From a virus (taxonomy: Duplodnaviria; Caudoviricetes), in IMG/VR virus record IMGVR_UViG_3300030098_005273, positions 1 to 54,759 of that record: DNA of 54,759 bases, one strand, 5' to 3'. Positions 25,001 through 36,300 of this stretch are shown here, in pieces; positions within the stretch are counted from its first letter, which is position 1; each line of letters starts with the position of its first letter. The position numbers and the translations under genes were made by a program. The notes under the pieces were generated by a model. That model did not search any database, was not told the DNA's origin, and worked only from the letters and a program-made list of their open reading frames with translations.

Positions 25001-25999
25001 CGAGGAGAGATAATGAACATAACTACAGCATCTGGTGTTACAAGTAGTGGAGGTCGCAAAAATAGTGGAAACTTTATAGTAAGAGGTTTTCAGCCTTTTG
25101 ACGGGTCTTTAATAATGAAAAGTGCTATAGGAAGGCCTGCAGGATTCTCTGATTTATCTTATATAGATATGGAATTTGGAGGAGATAGCATAAATGTTAT
25201 GGAGGCTGCTGGAGATAGATTATTTGTGTTTACTACAAATAAGCTTGTTATAATAAATGTAGCACAAGATATTGAATTTACTGAGGGTGAATTTGAGGGT
25301 TATGGAATAGATGAAAATCATCAAGTTTGCAAAGTAGGAGAAGGTCTTGCTTGGGTAAATAGATATGGTGTATTCTTTTATGATGGAAGAGAGGTAACAT
25401 CTTTAACAGCTGAGAAATATTCCTCAATTGATTGGGGGGCAACGCCTTCAATAGCTTTTTTCCCTGATAGAGCTAGGCTTATTGTTTGGGAAACTGGAGG
25501 AGGTCCTGCTCATGTATATAGTTTTGAAACTAACAGTTGGGTTGGAGTGCAAGTAAGTCCAATGACTAATTATCAACCATTAAGTAGGGCAGTTAATGAT
25601 GGGCAGAGTACTTACTATAGAGGAGATACTTCAGGAAATATTAAAATTTTAGACTACACAAATACTTATAACTTAATTACTTCAGTAGATATAAAGACAG
25701 GAAATATACATTTTGACGATATTACTAGAGAAAAGAAGTTCTATAAACTCCAAGTTAGAGGAAAAGAGTTAGATAATCTTAGATTTTGGGGTAGTTTAGA
25801 TGGAGGTACAAACTGGTTTCTGATTGGAACTGCCTCTAGCACAGTGGGAACTTCAGTCGGAGAAGATAATTTTAATATGCCTGCTGAATTAAGAAAAGGT
25901 AAGCATATTAGAATAAGGATACAAAATAGTGGTAATGTACAATCTAGGGCAGAAATATCTGATATGTCAATTGTTTATAGAAATAGGAGAATTAAATAA
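22094..25999 (+). CDS. Putative tail nozzle / tubular protein B with inserted beta-rich domains
   Basis: N-terminal F.GFGGGLN; C-terminal propeller-like segments (GLAWVNRYGVFFYDG) and KTGNIHFDDITREKKFYK; precedes ejection proteins. Confidence 0.7.
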   Translation: MPKESKTFNGFGGGLNIDRDLSDLRMDGQGKDELSVCNQAQVDDLGKIHFQKFIAPTSNSARQAGYDPTGNRLLIHDGKHYLQDGIYKLGHDINWANNTDYRPETPTAGKFNPATPVNQSNGVDIKFSIDDSEHIVIFSGVGSSFNDGSTGIICGRTSASADDIKWSMANHDQWAIAWNGAHWNDAPTGAANSNDGNQRKPKPFEALWSGDMVDADKAHDSSTNGGAGDGGYWASLNKFGPGTQGGERYGMGLTGSVEAGDAAVALTDLDTVAIWQRSDADDGVGIIFRPGDTELNNGNYPPGGYGKALTNIEAHDLYVELQVKDIQDFDLGVGFGVTSRRDVTGMNLDPSSTSSYNDVRAWWLSAQTVSKAGAIWAPGGNNFRVFKLPYETATKTSTTFNPSNVSRMGATLSLIDSSTYAADGTNTAIPRLEIRDIRFIPQGDNFNWADNNYTFFQTTVKNGIESLPFRYRDIPQGGSSLNETPYSFLYGVNAKHNMTLYKPANSGDAGRIYYQELDENNSIKGDKFLLAEYDYDLGVRWADSDDWENWVTSSMTHTFENPPVTSTYTFESGYPEGTTSCNALFKTSAVIGRQVYIGNCAKQRGYRNFNLAYGGLNEYASHDNFELQAGSYTHPYAIVSLNGSGSTINIRRSTWISLRDYAGTAKFYYCISGSSSGTAFQEDATAQGQLESLKERIESSSGHNGTIRCSQVYQKGGAGSTYYMVLTQDTAGTQGNTAIKYYMGDEVDLITDFIGGDNPIVAGDQVWLEGTTSNNSATLNKYFQTDATISADLATNAEGTGRETISDDINLGAFTSKGQGQMIGNARNYDLDENSCNWVVYAPSGAAPTFNTATASKPYIDFIYGASGEWQGFQLSNSHIHTIIPGQRYRITVNISQMPAGMDCDWRVYFGGVYSEILHTTDSDNATGHDMDLEVTATADTDMRIEMKNGDVASEVRFDFIGVKHLSSGRGEIMNITTASGVTSSGGRKNSGNFIVRGFQPFDGSLIMKSAIGRPAGFSDLSYIDMEFGGDSINVMEAAGDRLFVFTTNKLVIINVAQDIEFTEGEFEGYGIDENHQVCKVGEGLAWVNRYGVFFYDGREVTSLTAEKYSSIDWGATPSIAFFPDRARLIVWETGGGPAHVYSFETNSWVGVQVSPMTNYQPLSRAVNDGQSTYYRGDTSGNIKILDYTNTYNLITSVDIKTGNIHFDDITREKKFYKLQVRGKELDNLRFWGSLDGGTNWFLIGTASSTVGTSVGEDNFNMPAELRKGKHIRIRIQNSGNVQSRAEISDMSIVYRNRRIK

Positions 26000-26208
26000 T
26001 GAAAAGTAGATCGCAAAGAAATATGAGACATACATCAAAATTAAATACAACTAAAGTTATACGAAACGATAGGTTAGGAAAAACTAAAAGAGTATCAAGC
26101 AATCCATCTGAAAATATTTTATCAGATAAGTCTAAGGGAAAAATGTATAAAAGTATTAATATAAAGGGTCAGCAACTGTACGTTAAATTAAGTACAAAAA
26201 AGGATTAA
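25999..26208 (+). CDS. Small basic protein
   Basis: TAATG coupling, AGGAG RBS. Confidence 0.55.
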   Translation: MKSRSQRNMRHTSKLNTTKVIRNDRLGKTKRVSSNPSENILSDKSKGKMYKSINIKGQQLYVKLSTKKD

Positions 26209-26211
26209 TAA

Positions 26212-29160
26212 ATGGCAGCAAGTTTAAAAGCTATAAGACAAATGTGGAAAGAGGGGCAAAATCAAATCCAATCGGATTTAAAAGACGATTTGTCTCAACT
26301 TAGTAATGCTACGGCTGCTATTACTCAAATAGCTGGTTTAGCTCAAGATATCTCTAAGGATAAAAAAGAAAAGAAAGAGTTAGATGAATTCGCTAAGAAA
26401 AACGACTTAGAATATAATGAGAGAACAGGCAAATACTACGGAATAGATAAAAACAATCCTAAGGGCGATATGATTGAAGTAGATGCAAGTTATATGAAGG
26501 CTCTAAAGGATAATCCTTCTTTATATGAAGATTCTGCAAGAGATATGCTATTCAAAGAAGATGGAACTCTAAGAAAGCAATTTAAAGCTGGAAAGGATTT
26601 TAGTGCAGATGTAAAAAAAGATGGTATTACAGGTTTATTTCAAAGAATAATACCTGGTGGAGATAGTGGTTATGAAACGATAGGTCAGCATGATGTTAGG
26701 AAAGAGCTAACTCAATATAAAGATTGGGTTTACGGCACAGGAGATTTTGAAAGAAAACAAACTAAGAATCCAGACTACGATCCAGACATGGCAGGTAAAT
26801 ATGTTGTGCAAAAATCTAAAGACGATCCTACTCTAATAGAGGCTACAGATGGTGGAGGAATACTTTATGAATCTCTAGTTCCTGAGTTTAATGTTACGGG
26901 AGGGCCTGCATATACTACGGGAGGCGGATTAGATACGAGCAAGTTTTATGACAGGATAACAGGGCAACAAGATTCTGATACTGGATTCCAATCGCTATTT
27001 ACTAAAAAAGACGATATTCCCGATTTTATGAAAGGAGCTTACGATAAAGCATCTGCTGAATTGCAAAGTGCTATTGATACAGGAAGGTTCAGCAATACTC
27101 TTAAGCTTTTAGGAGACGAGCCTAAAGATTATACAAGAAAAATAGATGCTCAAGGAAATATTGTTGAGGAAGCAGACTGGGAAAGACTTGCTAGCGATTT
27201 AAATGAATGGCAAGGCTATCAACCAGGTGACGAATTAAATGTCACTGCAGAAGGATTAAAGTCTCTTGTTAGTGATATGGACGATGCTGCAATAGAAAAA
27301 TGGATGAGATATTCCCCAGAAATGATTGATAAGGTTAATGTAGGTGGATTAAAAGGTCTTGGACAAAGAATTGTTCCAGGTGGAGAAAGTGGCAAAGAAT
27401 ATGACGATAGGGCTAGAATAAATGCTGCTTTAGGAGTGCTCTACAATGTTGAAAATAGAGAAGATTGGACTATTGAAGACCATCTGATGATGGGTGATGA
27501 TACATTACAAGATTTTTATGAGCATTTTGTCCCTACTGAAGCTGATAAAAAGGAGCTTGCTAGAAATAAAAGAGCTCATGAGGAACAAATGGAGGTTGAA
27601 GACTCACTTACGAAATTAGCTGAACAAATGGATTTAGTAGAGGCGAATAAAAAAGCAGAGCAAGAATGGCTAATAAAAACTGAGAAAGAACTTGATGTTA
27701 GGAATAAAGAGTGGGAAGCAGATTTTCTAGATCCAGAAAAATCAGGATTATGGAAAAATAATTACTTAAGAGATGAAGACATGTGGTCTTTTAATAGGTT
27801 AGTTGAAAGTCATCCTTCTTTTAAAGATTCTGATTATTATAAAGCTAGACCAGGCGTTAGAGAAAGAGATGAAGCTATCGCTTCTATTCCTACAGGAATT
27901 AATCCATTTCAAAGAAAGAAAGAGATTGAAAGAATTAATAAGGAATTTATTGATACCTATGGAGACTTGAAGATTGAAGATATAAAAGCTATGAATGCTT
28001 ACAAAAAATATGAAGCAGATCAGGCAGAAGAAAATAGGCTTAGAGAGGAAGAGGAGAAAAGACAGCTTCAAATTAAAAAAGCTGAGGAGGAGCAGAGAAG
28101 AAGGGAATATGTCCCATCAGATGAACATATCAAGAAATTAGAAAATTTAAGTAAAGATATTTACAATCAAGCAAGCGTATTCAAGCAAGTTGATTATGGA
28201 TTAAATATTACTACTGATCAGGTTGGCGAAGCTGTAGATTATGGTATAGATTTAGGTAAAGATATAGGACTTTCTCTTAGGAATCAATTCACTCAACCAT
28301 TTAGCTCTCCTTCAGGACCCTATGGAACTAATATGCCTCAATACTATATGGGTAATTCAGCAGCAAGTGATAAGGATGATAAAAAAGCTCCTCGATACTA
28401 TATGGGTGATGCTAATAATTCAGCTATATCAGGCTCTAAATCTAATGATGTAGTTGGGCCTGAGGACGATACTATGTTCGCTATAATTAAAGGAGAGCTG
28501 TCAAAAGTAACTCCTGCAGAACATAAATATATACAAGAACATGGTGAAAAAGGGGCAAACCATATCTATGAAGTAGCTAAAGCGCATGCTAAAAAAATAG
28601 GTATTGATACAGACAATCCTAAGGAATGGCCTATACGAGGAGATGATGATAAGCCTTATTATTGGTTTGCAGAAGCAATGGGTGCTGTTCAATGGATAGG
28701 TGGAGCGTTCGGAAAGGCTAAGGCTGCTAAAAAAGAAGTCAAACATATTCAAAACAATGTTTTGCCTGCTTTAGGTAAGGCTGCAATGGATACGAGTCAA
28801 GAAGGGATACAAATGGCTGATAAGTTTCAGGAAGAAAAGGATATGTTATTAGATCAAGCAGCAGATCAGGTTGCAGATCAAGCTGACGATATTGCCGAAA
28901 AGCAAGGAGAGATGTTTAAAAAGACAGGTGGATTGAAAGTTGGAGCTGTTCAAAATTTTGGAGAAAAAGCTATGGACGTAATTACAGATAAGTTTGACCA
29001 AGTGTCTGATAATATAGCTTTCCAATTTAAAGATAAAATGGAAGGTATGAGAGACAAGATAGGAAGTGGGCTTGAAGAGATAGGTATGTCTGTTAAGTCT
29101 GCTGTAGATAGAATGAATGCAATGAAAAAGAAAAGAAAGTGGTATAAAAACCTATTTTAG
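26212..29160 (+). CDS. Putative internal virion (ejection) protein
   Basis: 982 aa with no Cys, helical, C-terminal pilot-protein-like segment; located after the nozzle gene. Confidence 0.65.
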   Translation: MAASLKAIRQMWKEGQNQIQSDLKDDLSQLSNATAAITQIAGLAQDISKDKKEKKELDEFAKKNDLEYNERTGKYYGIDKNNPKGDMIEVDASYMKALKDNPSLYEDSARDMLFKEDGTLRKQFKAGKDFSADVKKDGITGLFQRIIPGGDSGYETIGQHDVRKELTQYKDWVYGTGDFERKQTKNPDYDPDMAGKYVVQKSKDDPTLIEATDGGGILYESLVPEFNVTGGPAYTTGGGLDTSKFYDRITGQQDSDTGFQSLFTKKDDIPDFMKGAYDKASAELQSAIDTGRFSNTLKLLGDEPKDYTRKIDAQGNIVEEADWERLASDLNEWQGYQPGDELNVTAEGLKSLVSDMDDAAIEKWMRYSPEMIDKVNVGGLKGLGQRIVPGGESGKEYDDRARINAALGVLYNVENREDWTIEDHLMMGDDTLQDFYEHFVPTEADKKELARNKRAHEEQMEVEDSLTKLAEQMDLVEANKKAEQEWLIKTEKELDVRNKEWEADFLDPEKSGLWKNNYLRDEDMWSFNRLVESHPSFKDSDYYKARPGVRERDEAIASIPTGINPFQRKKEIERINKEFIDTYGDLKIEDIKAMNAYKKYEADQAEENRLREEEEKRQLQIKKAEEEQRRREYVPSDEHIKKLENLSKDIYNQASVFKQVDYGLNITTDQVGEAVDYGIDLGKDIGLSLRNQFTQPFSSPSGPYGTNMPQYYMGNSAASDKDDKKAPRYYMGDANNSAISGSKSNDVVGPEDDTMFAIIKGELSKVTPAEHKYIQEHGEKGANHIYEVAKAHAKKIGIDTDNPKEWPIRGDDDKPYYWFAEAMGAVQWIGGAFGKAKAAKKEVKHIQNNVLPALGKAAMDTSQEGIQMADKFQEEKDMLLDQAADQVADQADDIAEKQGEMFKKTGGLKVGAVQNFGEKAMDVITDKFDQVSDNIAFQFKDKMEGMRDKIGSGLEEIGMSVKSAVDRMNAMKKKRKWYKNLF

Positions 29161-29167
29161 GAGAATT

Positions 29168-32100
29168 ATGGCAGGATTAGATCAATTAATACAAATTATT
29201 AGAGAAAATAGGCGTGCAGAAAGAGAGGATAAAAGGCTCGATTATGCACTAGCTTCTGAAAACTTAAGACTTATGTATCAAAGAGATATGGAAAAGGATA
29301 AGATGGATTTTCAGAAAACTACAATGTTATGGCAGGCAGCTAAGAATGAAAGAGATATAGCTCAGCAAGACTACGAGGCAAAGGTTTCAGATTATGAAGA
29401 TACCTATGGAGCTCACATGTCTTTAGATGAGTTAAATATAACAGAAGGCTATCAGAAGTTTATCGATGGAACTTTTAATGAAGAAATAACCATGGATCAA
29501 CAAGAAATAAAGGATATGACTGACCAAGCTAATGCTTATAAGTCTGTTGCAAGTAAAATTGATACTGTTATGAAAACTAAATTAGCTCCCGTAAATAAGC
29601 TTTTTAGTGGTGATTATGGCTTTCATAAAGGAGATCCTAGCAGATTTGATGCAGCTGATTTAGATATAAATTTTATACTAGACCAAGGTAAAAAAAGTTA
29701 TAGCTTTTTAAATGCCTTAACTGCAGCTAATAACGAATTAGAAGGGGGTTCTTACTCTGATAGAATACTAAGAAATAATAATCCTGCAGCTTTAATGTAT
29801 GGGCCGTTTGCCGAAAGTTATGGAGCTGTTTCCGAAGATGATAATCCATGGTATGATATTATAGATAGCAATGGCGCTAAGATAGGAGAGGCTTTTAGTG
29901 AGGAAGATGCTAAGAAAGCGGCTAAAGATGCTAATGGTAAAGTTCAAGGCCCATATTATACTGCAAAATTTGCTACAATGGAAGATGGTGAAAGAGCTCA
30001 AAAAGATTTCTTATTAAAGCAAATAAATGATGCAAATGGTGATGTGGATGCTTTCCTTCAAGCAAACCCTAAATACGAGCCTTACAGAGATGCTTTTATA
30101 CAGGCAACAGAAACTTCAGATGCTTTTAATGACCCTATTATTCAACAGTATTATGATTCACGATATCAACAAATTGATAAAGTGCTCTATGACTTAGAGG
30201 CAGACAGACTTGCTAAGGAAGCTGAAACTTTAGAGAATATTAGCAAGATTAGAGATTTAAAATTAAAAGCTAAGTATAAAAACTTTGTAGAGACAGAAGC
30301 AGAAATTGATTATGTAAGTAAAGCCTTTGCTTTTACTGTAGATAGTCAAGTAGATCAACTTGATATGCTTTTTGACAGTGTCTATTCTTTAGATATGCAT
30401 CTTGATTTATGGGAGACTATGAGTCAACCAGGATACAAAGGAGGGATGGTATATTCTATGGCAACTGAGAATGGGATGAAATATATAGGTCCCGATGACT
30501 CAGCTATAGAATGGTCTGAATCTAGCCAAGCACAAGGGACAGACTCAGAAGGTGATGGTTTAGTAGTTACAACCACTCATAAGGGAGGAGTTTATACACA
30601 ATACAATATGGACGACCCTATGGAAAAGCAAACCTGGTATGAGCAACATATCGATCAGGCGTATTACAATATAGGGCTTGCTATCAATCCTTTAATAGGA
30701 AAAAAGGGCAAAGAAGGGAGAGCAGATGCTATACAATTAGGTAAAAAATGGGTAACATCTGTATCTGAGTTTAGAAAAACATTTGATATATCTAGAACTA
30801 AGGGAGATTATACCCTTTTAGAGGCTGATAAAATATTTAATGTATATGATGATGCTTATCAATATATAGCAGGAGACAATGGTCTTTTAGAGCAAATAAT
30901 GATGTCTCGTGCTAATAGAGATGCTAGGTCTCAGTATAATTTTGAAACAAATCCAGATTCTAAAAATTATGGAAGAGCTGACTATAAATATGACCCTGAT
31001 AATACTCCAGAAAAATTAAAGCAATTTTTATTAGGAGAGCATAAAACATTGGTAGATGGTCAAACTTATAAGGTCCCTGGTTATTACCATCCAGGTTTTG
31101 CAGTTAATGCCTATACTATGCGTCAAAATAAAGCTAAAAGTATAAAAGCAGTAAGTGAAACTGTGTATGACTCTTATGAGTTTTATCAAAAATTTTTAGG
31201 ACAAGATCCTTTTGATTGGGTTACTAGCAATGAATACACTCAATTTGATGAATTAAGAAACCTATATGATGATTTAAAGCTTAATATGGGCTTAGATATA
31301 CTAGATAGGAATTTAGGAAATATTCAAGACTGGTCAGAACCTGGGGATATAGATGGAGATGGGTTTGTAAGTGATCAAGAAATAGATTACTTTGACTACC
31401 TTCAAGACCAAAAAAAAAAAGATAATTCCGTGATACCATCTAAGAAAGATGATACCAAGGTAGATGCTACGCAAACATCTTCTGTTCAAGGACAATCTGA
31501 TGTAGATAAAACATCTTTTGATATTCCTACGTTTGACAATCAAGGGAATGTTCAAAACGCTTATGCGTATTACAGGGAAATGGATTGGGACCCTACTGGA
31601 GAAGCTTGGTATGATGAATCTGTTGGAAAAGAGTATGGGTGGAGTGATAACGGATGGAATAAAACTGATAAGGTTAAGAAAGGAGATCTATATGCCTCAC
31701 TTGATCCTGGAATTAGTACTAAGAAAGGTGGAGTTTTAAATGAAATTCCTAATCTGGCTCATAACAGATCTTATTTTAATAAATCAGTGGAAGAGGGTTT
31801 TGAAGAAACTGGACTCTCAGGAGCTTATTTCAATAGAGGGCTGCCTTGGCATCAAACAGATGGTGTAGCAGGTGGTGGAGACAGAAACTTGGGACTGCAT
31901 ACAAATAGAGGCGATGTACAAATTGGCGCTGGATATTTGCATAATTTTATAGCCGATGAAGGTTATCATTATTATTTTAGCGGTGATAGCAAGACAACAA
32001 ATAGTAAAGCTTATGACCCTGAGAATCCAAATGCAGATACAGATGGCTATGTGCATTATTTTGATCCTTTTATGGAGACTGGAAATGTACTATATGGAAA

Positions 32101-33301
32101 TCGCTATGGATTTAGAGAAGGAATACCTTTTAATCAGGAGATAGCTGACCTTGGATTGGAAGAAGATGTATACACATTAGGTGAGGAGATTACTAATCCC
32201 AATTCTGTGAAAAAGCTTGATGGCTCTCCTACTTTTGTAAGTCATCCACATCCTTATTATACAACAAAACAGTTTGCTTTGCCTAATTTCCTTCTATCTC
32301 CTAAAGAAGGAGGGCCAGGAGGGGTATTTGGTCCAAGAGATCTTCCAAGGTATACTGATCATAAAGATTTTGATAAGCCTATTGTAAGTTTTGGTTTTTA
32401 TCCATCTGATAATAAATATGCAGACTTAATATATAGTTTAGATGATCAAGAGCTTGAAACAGTTGCTAAGATATATAATTCTATGGCAGGAGGGGATTCT
32501 TACACTTATACGTATGATGGAGAATTAAACACTGTAGATCATTTTAATGATTGGTATAATCATCATGCTCCAATAGTATCTTCTTTATCTGATAGTCAGT
32601 TTGGTGTTGCAGATGATAGAATTTTACATTTACCTCATTTACCAGAATTGGTTTTATTTAGAAAGGTAGATGTTCCTTACGGACTCCACCATTATATAGA
32701 GCAAAATCCTGATATGGCTTTTGTAGAGGAAAGATTTGTAGGAATGGACTCCGCAAAAGGTGATACTCCTGTAAGGCATAGAAGAAGTGGGGCTAGAGGG
32801 TTAGATGAATATGCTGAGGGAAAAATTACTGAAGAAGGTGAAGATTACTTTAGAAATATAGAAGCAGATCTAAGTCATCACGGTATCTTTAAACAACCTA
32901 AGTCAGATTTTATTGACCCTAGGTATAGAAATGTCAACTGGACATCTGAAAGCCGCTCAACCCTTCATGGCAATTTTTATGGGGAAGATACTGAGCAAGC
33001 TAAAAAACATATAGCTAGAATAAAAGAGCTGTACCCTGAATACGATCACGAAGCATTAAAAAATATAAGAGATAGGGTATTTAATTATTATGCACCTGCT
33101 ATGAATATTATTCCTCCTGATAAACTGTTAAAATTGATGGAGTATTACGAAAAGCAAATAGGGCATATAGGGACTTTCGAAATGCCTCCTTTGATTGAAT
33201 TTTTGGGAAGTGCAAATACTTATGATGATTTAAAAAATGAATTAGATTATCAAAGCAGAATAGAGAATGAGTTAAATAATTATATAGATAGATTGGCTTA
33301 A
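29168..33301 (+). CDS. Putative internal virion (ejection) protein with lysozyme-like motif
   Basis: 1377 aa; N-terminal coiled coil; RNNNPAAL...KFATMEDGERA motif; EF-hand-like DIDGDGFVSDQE. Confidence 0.65.
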   Translation: MAGLDQLIQIIRENRRAEREDKRLDYALASENLRLMYQRDMEKDKMDFQKTTMLWQAAKNERDIAQQDYEAKVSDYEDTYGAHMSLDELNITEGYQKFIDGTFNEEITMDQQEIKDMTDQANAYKSVASKIDTVMKTKLAPVNKLFSGDYGFHKGDPSRFDAADLDINFILDQGKKSYSFLNALTAANNELEGGSYSDRILRNNNPAALMYGPFAESYGAVSEDDNPWYDIIDSNGAKIGEAFSEEDAKKAAKDANGKVQGPYYTAKFATMEDGERAQKDFLLKQINDANGDVDAFLQANPKYEPYRDAFIQATETSDAFNDPIIQQYYDSRYQQIDKVLYDLEADRLAKEAETLENISKIRDLKLKAKYKNFVETEAEIDYVSKAFAFTVDSQVDQLDMLFDSVYSLDMHLDLWETMSQPGYKGGMVYSMATENGMKYIGPDDSAIEWSESSQAQGTDSEGDGLVVTTTHKGGVYTQYNMDDPMEKQTWYEQHIDQAYYNIGLAINPLIGKKGKEGRADAIQLGKKWVTSVSEFRKTFDISRTKGDYTLLEADKIFNVYDDAYQYIAGDNGLLEQIMMSRANRDARSQYNFETNPDSKNYGRADYKYDPDNTPEKLKQFLLGEHKTLVDGQTYKVPGYYHPGFAVNAYTMRQNKAKSIKAVSETVYDSYEFYQKFLGQDPFDWVTSNEYTQFDELRNLYDDLKLNMGLDILDRNLGNIQDWSEPGDIDGDGFVSDQEIDYFDYLQDQKKKDNSVIPSKKDDTKVDATQTSSVQGQSDVDKTSFDIPTFDNQGNVQNAYAYYREMDWDPTGEAWYDESVGKEYGWSDNGWNKTDKVKKGDLYASLDPGISTKKGGVLNEIPNLAHNRSYFNKSVEEGFEETGLSGAYFNRGLPWHQTDGVAGGGDRNLGLHTNRGDVQIGAGYLHNFIADEGYHYYFSGDSKTTNSKAYDPENPNADTDGYVHYFDPFMETGNVLYGNRYGFREGIPFNQEIADLGLEEDVYTLGEEITNPNSVKKLDGSPTFVSHPHPYYTTKQFALPNFLLSPKEGGPGGVFGPRDLPRYTDHKDFDKPIVSFGFYPSDNKYADLIYSLDDQELETVAKIYNSMAGGDSYTYTYDGELNTVDHFNDWYNHHAPIVSSLSDSQFGVADDRILHLPHLPELVLFRKVDVPYGLHHYIEQNPDMAFVEERFVGMDSAKGDTPVRHRRSGARGLDEYAEGKITEEGEDYFRNIEADLSHHGIFKQPKSDFIDPRYRNVNWTSESRSTLHGNFYGEDTEQAKKHIARIKELYPEYDHEALKNIRDRVFNYYAPAMNIIPPDKLLKLMEYYEKQIGHIGTFEMPPLIEFLGSANTYDDLKNELDYQSRIENELNNYIDRLA

Positions 33302-33336
33302 AAATGTTAGATTACGAGAACAAAAAAGGACTATAA

Positions 33337-36300
33337 ATGGCTGAAAGATATAATAGACTTGAAGAATTAGAAAAATTAATGAGTCAATCAGTTGTGCCTG
33401 ATGATTCAGAACCTATAGAACAGGAGCCTGAGACAGATGATGCAGGATTGATTGATATACCAAAGCCTTATGGAGGGTATGATAATGCTCCATATAGTGG
33501 CAATGATGAGGTTTGGGGAGGTCTTATGCAGCTATATACCCCAGGTACCGATATGCGTGCTACTAAAAGAAAAAGGATGGTTGATTTAAGGAATTATGAT
33601 TTTAGCGCAGAGGGATGGGTTGCACCTGAACCTGAACTTATAGATCCAGGTGGTGAAGAAATATTTGATGAACACGGATTTTGGACAGGAGAAGTTACTC
33701 AACCTACATATACAGATGTAAGCGGTATTGTAGCGCCTACCCCAAAACCTTATGCTGGTAAAAATAGACAAGTTCTCGCAAATCCAGAAGGAGAAGAAGG
33801 ATGGTATTTAGGTAAGAATTTAATTGACCTTGTAGGTAATACTGTGTGGGGAATTGCTGAAGGATTTGGAGCATGGGTCCCAGATATGGCTTCTGGCGGT
33901 GAAATGTCCAAGTTTATGGGTTCTGATGATTGGGCTGATGAAAGTATATGGGGTAAAATAGGTTACAGTGTTGGTACTGGTTTAAGTATGCTTTTTGGTA
34001 TAGGATTGGTTGGAAAAGGACTTCAATGGGGTAGTAAAGCTTTTGGGTTTGGAGTAAAAGCTGCAACTAAAAGTGTTGCAGACGATCTTACAGAGTATGT
34101 TGCAAAAACAAGTATAAAAAAGGGTGGAGTAGAAAAGCTTGTTAAGTCAGCTAGAGCTCAGATTCAAGCAGGTAAAAAGGAAGCTTTAAAAGGCGTAACA
34201 TGGGGGGCACGATTAACTCCTATGAATAGAGCTGCAGCTTTAGCTAGAGGTAATCCTTTATCAAATGAAAAGGTTTATAAAAGTGTATATGACAGCATCA
34301 AAAAAGACCTCAATAAAAAATTAGGTTTAAATTTAGATGATGCAGCTGTAGATAAAGTTACTAAAAAAATAATGGAAGAATCTAGTAACTCACTGCATAA
34401 GCATTTTGGGCACAGTATAGGGCATATAATGGCAGAAAAAGGTCTTAGTTCTGGAAAGGCTAAAATATTATCAGATATGGTCTATGAGGCTGTATTATTG
34501 TCTGCTTATGATGGAATAATGGATATGGGTATGGATTTATGGGCTCAATCTTATATCGATGGAGATGATGTAACTGCTAAGTCAAACATACAACAAGGTT
34601 ACGAATTTACAGAATGGTGGAAGCCGTTTTTTCACGGTGCGGTAACTGGTAGTTTTTTAGGTATGGTAAGGCATATTAAAGGTGGTAAAAAAGTCGATTT
34701 AATGGGTCAAAGTGGAAATCGTAGCGGTATGATAAATGATTTAGGTATAATGAGAAAAGCTATAATGCTTAGGCTTAGAAATGTAAATAATATGGGTGAT
34801 AGACAAATGACAGGATTTTTAAACACCTTATTTCATGCCTCTGATGGAGCTATAATTAAAGATTTGCAAAAGATTGCTACAGAACACGGTCTTCAAAATG
34901 TAGGTAAATTAGGCCGAACATTCTTAGAGAAAATATCTCAACAAGGGTATAAATATACTAAAGCCGATAAGCAGATACTTAGAGAGACTATGACAGCTAT
35001 ACAGAAAACTGTTTTAGGGAAAAATGGTCTTTTAGCTAAGACAGCTGCAGAAATAAGAAAAGATGCAATAGGTTCTTTCGGAAGAGCTACATTAGGCTCA
35101 ATTGTTATGGCTGGATGGGGATATTATGATATGGGTGAGAAAGGACTGCTTCCTTGGCAAACTGATGAAGCAACTAAAAAAGCAGGATATCATCCAGATC
35201 AAAAAGTAACATGGGACAAGCTATTTTTTGACCATATAGTTGGCATGTTTTACATGAAACGTGGTAAGAATGCTGAGACTAATAGTAGATTTTTTTATGA
35301 AGTTATGGGTGATAAACCTATACTGGGTAGTGAAGTTGGAAGAATGTCAAAAGCTATGGAAATATTTGGATATAAAGATTCACAGCTTCAAATTTTCAAC
35401 CATATGGCTCACAGTGAACCTGGAACTGCAATTATGAGAGCAAGTGCTTTAAAGGGTATATATGCAGATAAAGAAATTGTAGGTGTTATTGATAAAATGG
35501 GGGCAGACTTAGTTGATGCTCAGCAATATATAGAGATAGTAAAAAGGACAAATGTAGAAGGTGTTGATCCTAGCGAAAGAGTAGATAATTGGCATGTCCA
35601 TGTTAAAGACCATCTATCTAACTTAGAAACAAAGATACGAGATGCTAAGAAAAAAGGTGATACAAAAGAGCAGGCTAAGCTTGAGAAAGAGCAAATGGAA
35701 GTTCATGATGCAATGCTATTTACTGAAAAGATACAAAGGCTTACCCTGTTTGATATTAATAATAAATCTGTAAGACCTATGACCAGAAAGGATGCATTAA
35801 ACTTTATTCAAAAATATAAAGAGATAACTCTTTCTGATGGGGCTAAAATAAATGTTAATAACTTTGACGTATTAGACAGAATGATAGAAGATGGAGCTTT
35901 TCAATTTACAAGAAAAGTTGAAAATGTAGGTCTAGACTTTATATTTGAGTCTTTAGAAATTCTAGACTTAATTGACCCTACGAATATGACAAAGGGTGCA
36001 AAGATTAATAAAAGCACTTTAAATGCATTAGAGGCAATACTTACTTCCAATACAGGAGGAGAGAAAGGCGTTACAGATAAAATATATGAAACAGCTTACG
36101 CTTTAAGAGAGGCTATGCTTCAAGCTAATAAAGTTGGATTAATAGAGCTTTCTGATGCTGAAGGAAGGGTTTGGGATGCAGGTAGAAAATATAATGCTAA
36201 AGAATTAGCCGAGCTTCAAAGAAAATGGAATGATAAGACGGAAGAAATGCACGAACTTGTATTTAACACTATGGGAGTAGAGAGTAGTTGGAGAGCTAAG

